From an uncultured Desulfosarcina sp. (GTDB lineage: Bacteria; Desulfobacterota; Desulfobacteria; Desulfobacterales; Desulfosarcinaceae): a stretch of 64,000 bases of DNA. Shown here one piece after another: positions 41,700 through 51,095 of the stretch (within the stretch, counting starts at the first letter, position 1; every line of letters starts with the position of its first letter). The stretch covers positions 1,152,001-1,216,000 of the forward strand of contig CAXXWQ010000003.1 in NCBI GenBank assembly GCA_963674945.2. Direction: 5' to 3'. The notes beneath the pieces were generated by a model. The model had not been told where the DNA came from. It was given only the letters and a program-made list of their open reading frames with translations, and ran no database searches. A program made the translations under genes and the position numbers.

Positions 41700-43265
41700 G
41701 TACGCATTCACAGGGTAACACCCATTGGATTAAATCCAGGAAAGGTTTGGCTCTAAATTTCGAAAATAGGAAGTAATGCACTCCACGAGAAAAGGAAAAG
41801 TCTGCTTTGCTTGTAAGCGACAGGTTTCTTTCAGTGACAATATCCGCTCAACCCAACGGTTTCCTTTCTCGCTTTGGGTGCCAAGGCTTCGTTTCCGCCA
41901 CAATACACCAAAGCGTAGCGCTCTTTCGGCACGATTGTTTGTGGGATCGACGCCCTTGTGATCCATAAACACCCATAGGTTGTTCATTTCCCGGATGATC
42001 TGCCGAGCGAGTTTTCCTGCATCCGTTTTATCGGGTTCCCAAAGGGACACGGTAAACAAGAAGAATGTATAAAAATCCGACCATTGCTTTGGGTCGGGTG
42101 GCTCTTTGGCAAACGATACCAGTTGTCTCAACCAAGCGGCGACGATTTCTCCGAAGCGACGTAAATCCGGCTTCTTTCTCTCCGCCAGAGAATCGGCCTT
42201 ACGGATTAGATGAGCCAGGCACGTCTGGCGGTGAACCCATTTTTGATACAGGCCGTAACCGTCGCTGACCAGAATGCCGTTCCAGTCCTGGATGAGTGCT
42301 TCGAAAGCCACCTTGGAGCGATGCGGGTCTATGCGATAGAAAGCAACCCGCTCGTTGACCATGGCCCACAGCCAGTGCAGATCGTTTTCTGTAAACCAGG
42401 AGGTCTCATCGATATAATTGCACCAGAAACTTCTGGCGATACCCCCGATACGTTCATACACAGGCAAAATCGCCATTGAAGTGCGGTCAACGATTTTTTG
42501 GATCGTCCCCGTAGCAATGGGAATGTCTAACACAGAGTCGCATAACTGCTTTACGTCCATTCGGCTCATCCCTTTAATACCGCTTAATTCACCAACAAAT
42601 GCGGTAAATCGGGGACCGTATCCGCTCGACAGGGCAGATGGCAGCTTGGCTTTGACAACCTTCCCGCAATTGGGGCAATCGCACTTGTGCAGAATATAGT
42701 GGCTGACTTCCATTTCGATTTTGGGAAGTTCGATCTGTTGATGGGTGTAAAAAGGCTTCATCTTTTCCTGATCGAACACCGAATGACCACAACTGCAGCA
42801 TTTTGGCATCAACGAATGTTGCTTTGTCGGCTCGAGCAGTTGTTGCTGGTGCGGTTTGTGTCCTTTTTGTCCGCCTTTGGATCGCTTGCTCTTTTTCTGT
42901 TTTCTTTTCTGCTTGCTAAAAGGCGGATCGGATGAGGGCGGTTTACTGGAATTACGAGAATTCATTTTGGTCTGGACTTCAAGTTTCTCTATGCGTTTTT
43001 CATGGGTCTCAACCCATTTTTGCATATCATGAAGCGCCTGTTCCAGATATAGGATGTAATTTCTCACCGCCTCTGGTGTCAGTTGCCAATCGAGTTCTGA
43101 AAATGGTCTTTTGAGTGCCATGAAAAGCACTCTAACATAGTTAAAAGAAAAAATCTAGATTTATTTTAAATTATTTCAGGCAGTTACGGTGCACACAATT
43201 TATGCTTTGTTTTCAATGGGTTAAAGGCCATGATGTCAGCCCTAAAATGCCCCGTGAACGGTTAC
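41700..43265 (-). mobile_element. IS66-family element (single-ORF type), 1566 bp
   Basis: Imperfect IRs GTACGCATTCACAGGG / GTAACCGTTCACGGGG; 8-bp TSD TGGTTATG at 41692-41699 and 43266-43273. Confidence 0.93.
41730..43121 (-). CDS. IS66-family transposase
   Basis: 'NSSKPPSSD', Zn-finger CxxC pairs, 'IDETSW', 'SDGY', 'QTCLAHLIR' and 'TNNRAERALR'. Confidence 0.95.
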   Translation of the reverse strand: MALKRPFSELDWQLTPEAVRNYILYLEQALHDMQKWVETHEKRIEKLEVQTKMNSRNSSKPPSSDPPFSKQKRKQKKSKRSKGGQKGHKPHQQQLLEPTKQHSLMPKCCSCGHSVFDQEKMKPFYTHQQIELPKIEMEVSHYILHKCDCPNCGKVVKAKLPSALSSGYGPRFTAFVGELSGIKGMSRMDVKQLCDSVLDIPIATGTIQKIVDRTSMAILPVYERIGGIARSFWCNYIDETSWFTENDLHWLWAMVNERVAFYRIDPHRSKVAFEALIQDWNGILVSDGYGLYQKWVHRQTCLAHLIRKADSLAERKKPDLRRFGEIVAAWLRQLVSFAKEPPDPKQWSDFYTFFLFTVSLWEPDKTDAGKLARQIIREMNNLWVFMDHKGVDPTNNRAERALRFGVLWRKRSLGTQSEKGNRWVERILSLKETCRLQAKQTFPFLVECITSYFRNLEPNLSWI

Positions 43266-43416
43266 TGGTTATGAAAGGATGTTGTTCATCCTGGTGGCCG
43301 CCGCCGGTTCCGTGGTGTGAATCGTCTCTCTTTATCGTCGAAACCGTAACCGAGTGCACCGACTGTGAATGGATAATATGATGCAGACGCAAAAAGAGAA
43401 CCGACGGGAAGCATCG

Positions 43417-45975
43417 ATGAAAACGAAGCTGACGGCATGGATGGGTCCGTTTCTCGGAGCAGTCCTGTTCTCCGTGGCCGTCTGGGTTCTGCACCGGGAA
43501 CTGGCGGCCTATCACTTCAAGGATATTGTCCATCAGATCAGCCTCATCCCCGTCTCGCGCGTGGCCGTTGCCCTGTTGTTGACCATTGTGGGCTACGGCA
43601 TCATGACCCTTTACGATCTTCTGGCCCTGCGATACCTGAAACATATGCTGGAATATGCCAAGATCGCCCTGGCCGCATTTGTCGGCGCCGCCTTCAGCAA
43701 CAACATCGGGTTCTCCATGATCGCCGGTGCGTCGGTGCGCTATCGGTTGTATACCAACTGGGGGCTCTCTTCCCTGGAAATCACCAAGGTGGTCTTTTTC
43801 TGCTCCCTGACCTTGTGGTTGGGATTTTTGAGCCTCGGCGGGGTGGTCTTTTTCCTGGTCCCCCTGACCCTGCCGGACCAGCTACATCTGCACGCTCTTT
43901 CCACTCACTTTATCGGACTATTGATGGCGCTTCCCGTGGCAGCATATCTGGTGGCGGGATTTTTTATAAAGACACCCCTGCACCTGCGCGATTGGCAACT
44001 CAACGTGCCTGGCTGGCGGACCGGTCTTCTGCAGGTTTTCGTGGGCGCGGCGGACTGGCTGCTCGCCGGCAGCGTACTGATCGCCTTGCTGCCACCGTCC
44101 GACCGTTTATCCCTGCCGCTGGTTCTGGGAATGTACCTTTTGGCCCAGTTGGCCGGACTGGTCAGCCAGGTTCCGGGGGGCGTAGGTGTGTTCGAAACGG
44201 CCTTCCTGCTCCTGATCGGCGACCGCTTGCCCGCTGAAACGGTCATGGGCGCATTGTTTACCTTCAGAATCATCTACTACCTCACCCCCCTTGCACTTTC
44301 GGCCCTGCTGCTGGGCGGCACCGAGATCCTTTTGCACCGGGAATCGGCGAAAAAGCTGGCCGCGAGTTATCATCGTTGGAGCGGCCCGTTGGTACCGCCG
44401 GTTCTGGCCTTTAGCACCTTCATCGCCGGGGCGGTCCTGCTCTTCTCCGGAGCGACTCCGGCCCTGGACTACCGTCTGGAATGGCTCAAGCAGGCGATCC
44501 CGCTTTCCCTGCTGGAAGTCTCACACCTTTCGGGCAGTATCATCGGCATGGGCCTGTTGCTGCTGGCCCGGGGACTCCAGCGCCGTCTCAACGGTGCCTA
44601 TTGGGTCACGGTAATCCTGCTGGGCGCGGGAATGGCCGCCTCCCTGTGCAAAGGCCTGGATTTCGAAGAGGCGCTTTTACTGGTGATCCTGTTGGCGGCC
44701 CTTTTGCCAAACCGGCGTTATTTTTACCGGCACACCTCCCTGCTCTACCAGCGCTTTACACCGGCCTGGATGGCAGCCATTGGTATGGTCGTCGTCGGTT
44801 CCCTCTGGCTGGGCATATTCTCTTACAAACACGTGGAATACCAGGGAGAATTATGGTGGCAATTCGCTTTTTATGCCCATGCGCCCCGTTTCCTGCGGGC
44901 CTCGGCCGGAGCCGCGGCCGTGCTGCTGCTCTTTGCCGTGGGCAGGCTGCTGCGGCCTGCCCGCCCCCGGCCCGGCCCTGTCAGTGCCGAAGATATGGAA
45001 ACCGTGGTCCGCATCGTCAAGAGCGATGCGGCAACCACCGCCAATCTGGCCCTGTTGGGAGACAAAGCATTTCTTCTCAATCCGGAAAACAGTGCCTTTA
45101 TCATGTATGCGGTGCAGGGCCGCAGCTGGGTGGCCATGGGAGATCCCGTGGGGCCCCAGGACGCTTGGCAAGAGCTGATCTGGCGGTTCCGCGAACAATC
45201 GGACCGGTTCGGCGGGTGGGCACTGTTCTATCAGGTGGCGCCGGAGGGACTGTCCTATTACCTGGATCTGGGACTCACCCTGACCAAACTGGGAGAAACC
45301 GCCCGCGTTCCGATAGACAGCTTTTCATTGGAGGGCAGCCATCGCAAGGGACTGCGATACACCCAACGCAAGATGGAAAAGGAGGGACTCTCCATGGAAG
45401 TGCTGCCCGCCGATCAAGCCATGGCGCAGTTCGATTCCCTCGAGCGGATTTCCGATGCCTGGCTGACCGAAAAAAACACACATGAAAAAGGATTCTCCCT
45501 CGGTCGTTTCAGTAGGGATTATTTACGCCATTTTGACGTGGCGATTGTCAAAAAACGCGATGCCGTCGTCGCTTTCGCAAATCTCTGGAAGGGAGCGGAC
45601 AACGCCGAACTCTCCATGGACCTGATGCGCTATGATCCAACCGCGGCACCGGGTGGCGTGATGGATTATCTTTTCATCGAACTGATGCTATGGGGCAGGG
45701 AAAAGGGGTATGGATGGTTCGATCTGGGCATGGCGCCGCTCTCCGGTCTGGCCGATCGCTCCCTGGCGCCGCTGTGGAACCGCCTGGGCGGGTTTCTATC
45801 GCGCCACGCCGGTCATTTCTACAATTTCGAGGGATTGCGCCAGTACAAGGATAAATTCGATCCGGTGTGGGAGCCACGCTATCTGGCGTCTCCCGGGGGC
45901 CTGGCACTGCCGGTGATTATTGCCCAACTGGTCCAGTTGATTTCCGGTGGAATCAAGGCAACCATCGCCAAATGA
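43417..45975 (+). CDS. mprF: Bifunctional aminoacyl-phosphatidylglycerol flippase/synthase
   Basis: Multi-TM flippase domain, 'MGDPVG', 'DLMRY', 'LGMAPLSG' and 'YNFEGLRQYKDKF'. Confidence 0.92.
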   Translation: MKTKLTAWMGPFLGAVLFSVAVWVLHRELAAYHFKDIVHQISLIPVSRVAVALLLTIVGYGIMTLYDLLALRYLKHMLEYAKIALAAFVGAAFSNNIGFSMIAGASVRYRLYTNWGLSSLEITKVVFFCSLTLWLGFLSLGGVVFFLVPLTLPDQLHLHALSTHFIGLLMALPVAAYLVAGFFIKTPLHLRDWQLNVPGWRTGLLQVFVGAADWLLAGSVLIALLPPSDRLSLPLVLGMYLLAQLAGLVSQVPGGVGVFETAFLLLIGDRLPAETVMGALFTFRIIYYLTPLALSALLLGGTEILLHRESAKKLAASYHRWSGPLVPPVLAFSTFIAGAVLLFSGATPALDYRLEWLKQAIPLSLLEVSHLSGSIIGMGLLLLARGLQRRLNGAYWVTVILLGAGMAASLCKGLDFEEALLLVILLAALLPNRRYFYRHTSLLYQRFTPAWMAAIGMVVVGSLWLGIFSYKHVEYQGELWWQFAFYAHAPRFLRASAGAAAVLLLFAVGRLLRPARPRPGPVSAEDMETVVRIVKSDAATTANLALLGDKAFLLNPENSAFIMYAVQGRSWVAMGDPVGPQDAWQELIWRFREQSDRFGGWALFYQVAPEGLSYYLDLGLTLTKLGETARVPIDSFSLEGSHRKGLRYTQRKMEKEGLSMEVLPADQAMAQFDSLERISDAWLTEKNTHEKGFSLGRFSRDYLRHFDVAIVKKRDAVVAFANLWKGADNAELSMDLMRYDPTAAPGGVMDYLFIELMLWGREKGYGWFDLGMAPLSGLADRSLAPLWNRLGGFLSRHAGHFYNFEGLRQYKDKFDPVWEPRYLASPGGLALPVIIAQLVQLISGGIKATIAK

Positions 45976-46019
45976 AATAATGGGTAATCGAGATGATGAA
46001 CAATCCAATGATTAAGTAT

Positions 46020-46153
46020 TTCTTTTTGGCGCTGGTGGCGATATCCCCGAACACCACTCCCAACGCCGCGACGGCAAGCTTGACCAGTCGGCCGTCGGTT
46101 TTGTTTGGGGACTTTTCTCCTGCGGTCTTCTCCGGATTGGGAGTATTATTCAT
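46020..46153 (-). pseudogene. kup: Kup K+ transporter, N-terminal stub
   Basis: 'LAVAALGVVFGDIATS' followed by loss of homology. Confidence 0.75.
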
Positions 46154-46625
46154 TTCGGTTCGCTGATAACTGTTTTATCAGATTCAATATCTCTTGATTG
46201 GAAGGTATATCGGCCATCGAATGGCCGTAATGCACATATCGGAGCATGCCGGATGTATCAACGAGCATCTGTGCCGGCATTCTCCCCAGCTTGAAAATTG
46301 CGACCTTCTGGCCATATAACTTCAGAACAACGTGTTCCGGGTCTGGCAGCCCGATAAACGGCAAATCTTCATTTATCCAGTATTTTTCAAATGACTCGGC
46401 ATTTTCCGGTCCAACAACAACGATTTCCGTATTCAATTTGACGAAACGTTTATAGTCCTGGCGCAACTGCGCCATATGCCTTTGGCAAAACGGTCAGAAA
46501 AAACCACGGTTCAGGACCACCAGAACATTTTTTCTCTTTCTATAATCAGAGAGTGATACGCGGTTTCCATGAAAATCCGGCAGCGTAAATTCCGGAGCAT
46601 GGGTGTTCAGTTCGACTCTGGGCAT
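46146..46625 (-). CDS. Peroxiredoxin-like (AhpC/TSA) selenoprotein, UxxC, 159 aa
   Basis: 'MPRVELNTHAPEFTLPDFHGNRVSLSDY..VLVVLNRGFF-TGA-PFCQRHMAQL'. TGA at 46496-46494 is followed by hairpin TGGCGC-AGTT-GCGCCA. Confidence 0.9.
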
Positions 46626-46859
46626 GATCGTCCCCTTTCCCTGGATGCCGTTGAAGGACCATCGTTAATGTAACAATTTCTTCGAAAAACAACCAGCATC
46701 ACAAATGGAAACCGGAACTTCTTAAAAGGAGGCAACCAACGGATCTTACGTGTACAATAAAATTTTGAAACCCTTTGCGCATCTCCTGGTGACGATTGGG
46801 ATTGTTGCAGGCCGTAAAGCCGATCATCAGAAAACCAATTGATAGGATTTGGTAGAAAA

Positions 46860-47108
46860 TTAATCGAATACAGCTAAACCACATACCGGAGACCCATAGC
46901 GTAAAATACAGTTTTTGTCTTCAGCCATCGCCTGTTGCCATTTGACTTCCGCCAGACAGATAGACCGCGGCTGATCTTCATGGAGTGTATCTGTTGTTGC
47001 CGGAGGATAGCGTAAAATCCGCATAAAAATAATGGCTCCCGGGTGAAACGGCCGGGTTGTCTCGATATATGACCCGTTCCTGCAAAAGTTACGCATAACT
47101 TCCTTCAC
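46860..47108 (-). pseudogene. Degraded PilZ-like protein
   Basis: 'RNFCRNGSYIE' and 'LAEVKW' motifs; no RxxxR N-terminus, and the C-terminal 'GLRYVV' is in another frame. Confidence 0.5.
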
Positions 47109-47198
47109 GCAACGCGCGTCGCCGCTGCTGGTATGGATGGTTAAAATTCCGGTTCTATACAGTGTAAGGAGCAGGTTGGGGAACCGAAAAATTCTAAG

Positions 47199-47214
47199 AG
47201 CAAGCCTTGTGCCA
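47199..47214 (-). promoter_or_regulatory. Sigma-54 promoter
   Basis: Minus strand TGGCACAAGGCTTGCT. Confidence 0.8.
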
Positions 47215-47384
47215 TGCTATCAGTGTAATAGTCATCGATTCATCGACGTCGGCAAATGAATTGATTGTGGATATGACTTGAACACCTTTTGCATTTCAAA
47301 AAAAAGTGATCGGATCCGGACCCGAAAGGCACAATTGCCCTGAAGGAACATTACTGGGGACAGACAGCAAAAAGCGGTAATGGT

Positions 47385-47406
47385 ATGTCCGATTTTATTC
47401 GGACAT
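47385..47406. promoter_or_regulatory. Palindromic candidate enhancer between divergent sigma-54 promoters
   Basis: ATGTCCGA-TTTTAT-TCGGACAT, with a degenerate second copy at ~47418. Confidence 0.55.
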
Positions 47407-47562
47407 CGAGACGTTATATGTCCAGTTTTATCCGAATTTTCGTTAGAGTTTTACAGACTGTAAAACTTCATGACAAGAAATCATGCTTTTCGATATTTTC
47501 ACCACGCATGTAAGGGATAAAGGAATAGCGAACCGTTGCGTTCATTTAGTACTTTCTCAAGG

Positions 47563-47578
47563 TGGCATTTTTCTTGCT
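47563..47578 (+). promoter_or_regulatory. Sigma-54 promoter
   Basis: TGGCATTTTTCTTGCT upstream of ferritin. Confidence 0.72.
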
Positions 47579-47821
47579 TTTTCTTTCCTGATTTATATAA
47601 TACGGACCTACCAAAATCATTATACGGCAGCTTTCGAGAGTCCGGAACAATAACTGCAATGCATTTCGAATCGATCTTCCCATCGTCAGATACGGTCGTG
47701 ACCGATTGTGTGGATTTCTAAACACATGGCCATTCGGATTCTCAATCAACAGCCGTTTGGATAGAGATGTCAATCACCCGACCTTATCTATTCCATCCCA
47801 AGCATTTGAAAGGAGACGCCA

Positions 47822-48379
47822 ATGATTAGCGAAAAAATGAACCAGGTCTTGAACGAGCAGATCAACCGGGAGATGTATTCGGCCTACCTGTACATGGCCA
47901 TGTCTGCCCACTGCACCCGGATTGGCCTCAAGGGGTTTGCCAACTGGTTTATGGTCCAGTACCATGAGGAAATGTTGCATGCCATGAAGATATTCGAGTA
48001 CGTCCAGCGCCAGGGCGCACGCGTCACCCTGGCCGCCATTCAGGAACCGCCTGCGGACTTCGAATCCCCTCTGGACATGTTCTCCAAGACCCTGACCCAC
48101 GAACAGTTTATCACAAAGTCCATCAACGATCTCATGGAGGTGGCCATTTCCGAAAAGGATCACGCAACCCAGATCTTTCTGGAATGGTATGTGACCGAAC
48201 AGGTGGAAGAGGAGGAGAACGACAACGATATCATCGCGCAACTCAAATTCATCAAGGACAATCCCCAGGCGCTGATGATGCTGGACCGGGAACTGGCCGG
48301 CCGTATGACCACGGTGCCCACGGATTTCAGCAAAGGCGTCCAGGCGGCCATGGATGCCGCGGCCGCACCGGCTCCTTAA
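47822..48379 (+). CDS. ftnA: Non-heme ferritin
   Basis: 'LNEQINREMYSAYLY', 'EEMLHA' and 'EQVEEE' ferroxidase residues. Confidence 0.92.
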   Translation: MISEKMNQVLNEQINREMYSAYLYMAMSAHCTRIGLKGFANWFMVQYHEEMLHAMKIFEYVQRQGARVTLAAIQEPPADFESPLDMFSKTLTHEQFITKSINDLMEVAISEKDHATQIFLEWYVTEQVEEEENDNDIIAQLKFIKDNPQALMMLDRELAGRMTTVPTDFSKGVQAAMDAAAAPAP

Positions 48380-48401
48380 TAAGGAAAAAGGGGCAACCAC
48401 G

Positions 48402-50120
48402 ATGATGCCGAAGCGGAAACGAACCGGTGTGCTTTTCCTCTTGCTGCTTTTATTTTCGGCGAGACCGTCACTTTTGGAAGCCGGCGTCGCCGACGCGCTC
48501 AATGCCGAGCATCTCTATGTATCGGGTCGTATCACCAATACCCACGGCGAGGGGATTGAGAGGGCCGTGGTGTCGGTTGCCGTGAACGGAAACGGGATGC
48601 CCGTCGAGGAAAGTGTCACGACCGATGAGAACGGCCGCTTTGAAATCAAAATGCTTTTTCCGACAGGGCGTCTGCCCGGCGCCAGGATTCTTCTGGAGGC
48701 CAGGAAGCCTTCCTATGCGCCATCCGTTCGGTTTGCATTGAGTCCCGTGCGGGCGGAGATTCGTGAACTCGGCAGCGCTGTATTTCTTGCCGAGGCGAAT
48801 TTCAGCTTGCGAAGAGTGGCCTCGCCGGCGCTCTGGGTTTCCGCCATCGTCCTGCTGATGGTTTACGTGATGATCGGGTTCGAACTGGTCCACCGTTCCC
48901 TGGCCGCCCTGGCCGGCGCCGCCCTCCTTTTGGGATGCACGTACCTCGTGGGACCCTTTTTCCCTGAATTCAGGATTATCACCTTCGAGACCGCGGCGCG
49001 GGCAGTGGATATGAATGTGATCCTTCTGCTTTTTTCCATGATGATCATCGTCGGCATCAGCGAAAGGACCGGCATGTTCCAATGGATGGCCCATCAGTGC
49101 TACCGCCTTGCCGGCGGTCGGGTGTGGCTTTTATCCGCCATGTTGATGACCGCAACGGCCGTCACCTCCGCTTTTCTGGACAATGTCACCACCATGCTGC
49201 TTATCGTCCCCGTCACACTTCAGATTGCGCAAGCCCTTGCAATCAAACCCGTTTCCCTGCTTTTGCCACAGGTGTTCGCATCCAATGTCGGCGGTACGGC
49301 CACCCTCATCGGTGATCCGCCGAATATCATGATCGGATCCTACACCGGTCTTACCTTTCTCGACTTCGGCAAGAATCTGGGACTCCCTATCCTGATCGTT
49401 TTTGGAGCCACCGTTGCCTTTTTCCTGTTCTATTACCGAAAGGACTATCGTTTTGCCGGCGCTGGCAACGGCAAACTTGCCGGCAGCTTTTCCATACTGG
49501 ACCGTCGGCTCTTGCTCCTATCGATGATTTTCCTGGCGATGACCATCTTGCTGTTTGTTTTGCACGGTACCCTCAAGATGGAACCGAGCATCGCCGCACT
49601 CATCGGTGCAGCGATGCTGCTCATCACCAGCCGGGTGAATCTGGCCGAATTGCTGGAAACCAAGATCGAATGGTCCGCCCTGGTTTTTTTTGCCGCACTC
49701 TTCACGGTCATCGCCGCGGCACAGGAGAGCGGTCTGATCCAATTGATCGCCGACGGCGTCAAATCCGTCTCCGGTGATTCCCTGGTCATCGCCGTTCTCA
49801 TGGTGTTATGGGTATCGGCCATCGCTTCCGCGATCATCGACAACATTCCCTATACGGCAACCATGCTTCCGGTTGTGGCCTATCTTTCATCCACCGTTCC
49901 GGGAGCCAGACACGGTATTCTTTGGTGGGCACTGGCCATGGGGGCCTGCCTGGGGGGAAACGGCACCATGATCGGCGCCAGCGCCAACGTGGTCACCGTA
50001 GGACTGGCCGAAAAGGCCGGCCACCGGATTACCTTCATGGCATACCTGAGAGTCTGTCTGGTCCCCATGGTGATTTCCATTGGAATCAGCACAATCTGGC
50101 TGCTGGTCATGATCCGATAA
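48402..50120 (+). CDS. ArsB/NhaD (IT superfamily) transporter with exported N-terminal beta-sandwich domain
   Basis: 'SAFLDNVTT', 'SNVGGTATLIGDPPN', 'IDNIP' and 'GGNGTMIGASAN'. Confidence 0.85.
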   Translation: MMPKRKRTGVLFLLLLLFSARPSLLEAGVADALNAEHLYVSGRITNTHGEGIERAVVSVAVNGNGMPVEESVTTDENGRFEIKMLFPTGRLPGARILLEARKPSYAPSVRFALSPVRAEIRELGSAVFLAEANFSLRRVASPALWVSAIVLLMVYVMIGFELVHRSLAALAGAALLLGCTYLVGPFFPEFRIITFETAARAVDMNVILLLFSMMIIVGISERTGMFQWMAHQCYRLAGGRVWLLSAMLMTATAVTSAFLDNVTTMLLIVPVTLQIAQALAIKPVSLLLPQVFASNVGGTATLIGDPPNIMIGSYTGLTFLDFGKNLGLPILIVFGATVAFFLFYYRKDYRFAGAGNGKLAGSFSILDRRLLLLSMIFLAMTILLFVLHGTLKMEPSIAALIGAAMLLITSRVNLAELLETKIEWSALVFFAALFTVIAAAQESGLIQLIADGVKSVSGDSLVIAVLMVLWVSAIASAIIDNIPYTATMLPVVAYLSSTVPGARHGILWWALAMGACLGGNGTMIGASANVVTVGLAEKAGHRITFMAYLRVCLVPMVISIGISTIWLLVMIR

Positions 50121-50316
50121 ACACTTCACACCCGACATGAAGGCACCAACCGAGGCCATCGCTTGAGTAAGAGAATGAAATTTCAATATTTTACTTCTTT
50201 GTTTTTTACGTTTCCCTTGGTAATTTTTATTGCACGTTTCCAAAAGCCGCCACCACTAATGGAGAAACTGTAAAAAGAAATTATTTCGATATTGTTCGGA
50301 AGATAAAGGTGATGAA

Positions 50317-50592
50317 TTGGGTTCATTGGTGATCATCAAAGAGCTGCTGACATGGCGGGCTGCCGTTGACATCCTGCTGATTACGGCACTGCTGTTCTTT
50401 TTGTACCACACATTGCTTCGCTTGGGAACATGGGCCATATTCACCGGTATTTTGCTGGCCATGGCCTTTTTTTCGTTGCCAATTTTCTCGACCACCGTGT
50501 TTTGCAAGATCATCGCACCACCGGCAATTCAACCGGTGGACAAACGCTGGCCGGATGTCCAGGTCACGGTCGAAGTTTCACCCATCCCGTGA
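50317..50592 (+). pseudogene. Probable diadenylate cyclase (CdaA/YbbR-fusion type) remnant with the catalytic core deleted
   Basis: CdaA-like TM start 'WRAAVDILLITALLFFLY' fused at ~50490 to a short C-terminal 'CKIIAPPAIQPVDKRWPDV'. No DGA/RHR motifs remain. Confidence 0.55.
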
Positions 50593-50643
50593 TTTGCGGT
50601 AAATCAAACATTTGTTGTTGTCCAACACAAAGGGAGACGAATC

Positions 50644-51090
50644 ATGTTTACGAAAATCCTTTTCCCCACCGACTTTTCAGACAATGCGCAGCGGGCGGTA
50701 GCGTATATCAAACAATTGAAGGAGGCGGGAAGCCAGGAGGTGGTGCTGCTGCACGTCATCAACCAGCGCATTATCGACGGGTTGACCCGCCATGGCGTGT
50801 TGGAAACCGACGCTGAGAAGTGGAAAAAAGGCGTCAAGGCCGTTGCCGAGGAATCCCTGGGTGAGATCGGTAATTCCTTGGAGAAAGTCGGTTTCTCGGT
50901 CAAACGCATTATCAAAACCGGTTATCCCTCGAGCGTTATTCTTGATTTTGAAAAGCAGGAGAAGCCGTCGATTATCGTCGTCGGTTCCCATGGCCGCTCG
51001 AATCTCACCGACATGCTGTTGGGATCCGTATCCGATCGGGTGATTCGAAAATCCAAGTGTCCGGTGCTGGTGGTCAAACGAGACGACTAA
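50644..51090 (+). CDS. Universal stress protein
   Basis: 'KILFPTDFS' and 'GSHGRS..LLGSVSDRV..SKCPVLVV'. Confidence 0.93.
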   Translation: MFTKILFPTDFSDNAQRAVAYIKQLKEAGSQEVVLLHVINQRIIDGLTRHGVLETDAEKWKKGVKAVAEESLGEIGNSLEKVGFSVKRIIKTGYPSSVILDFEKQEKPSIIVVGSHGRSNLTDMLLGSVSDRVIRKSKCPVLVVKRDD

Positions 51091-51095
51091 AAAAA

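Larger units (their letters stand above)
41590..43320 (+). pseudogene. DedA-family remnant interrupted by IS66
   Basis: TTG start after GGAG; 'GYLAAVLGTFLEG'/frameshift/'TILILAGLAAHQ' up to the IS; short tail after it. Confidence 0.7.

Noticed and set aside
43172..43187. Internal ...GCAGTTAC as the IS66 end
   Set aside because: The TSD and better IR match place the end at 43265.
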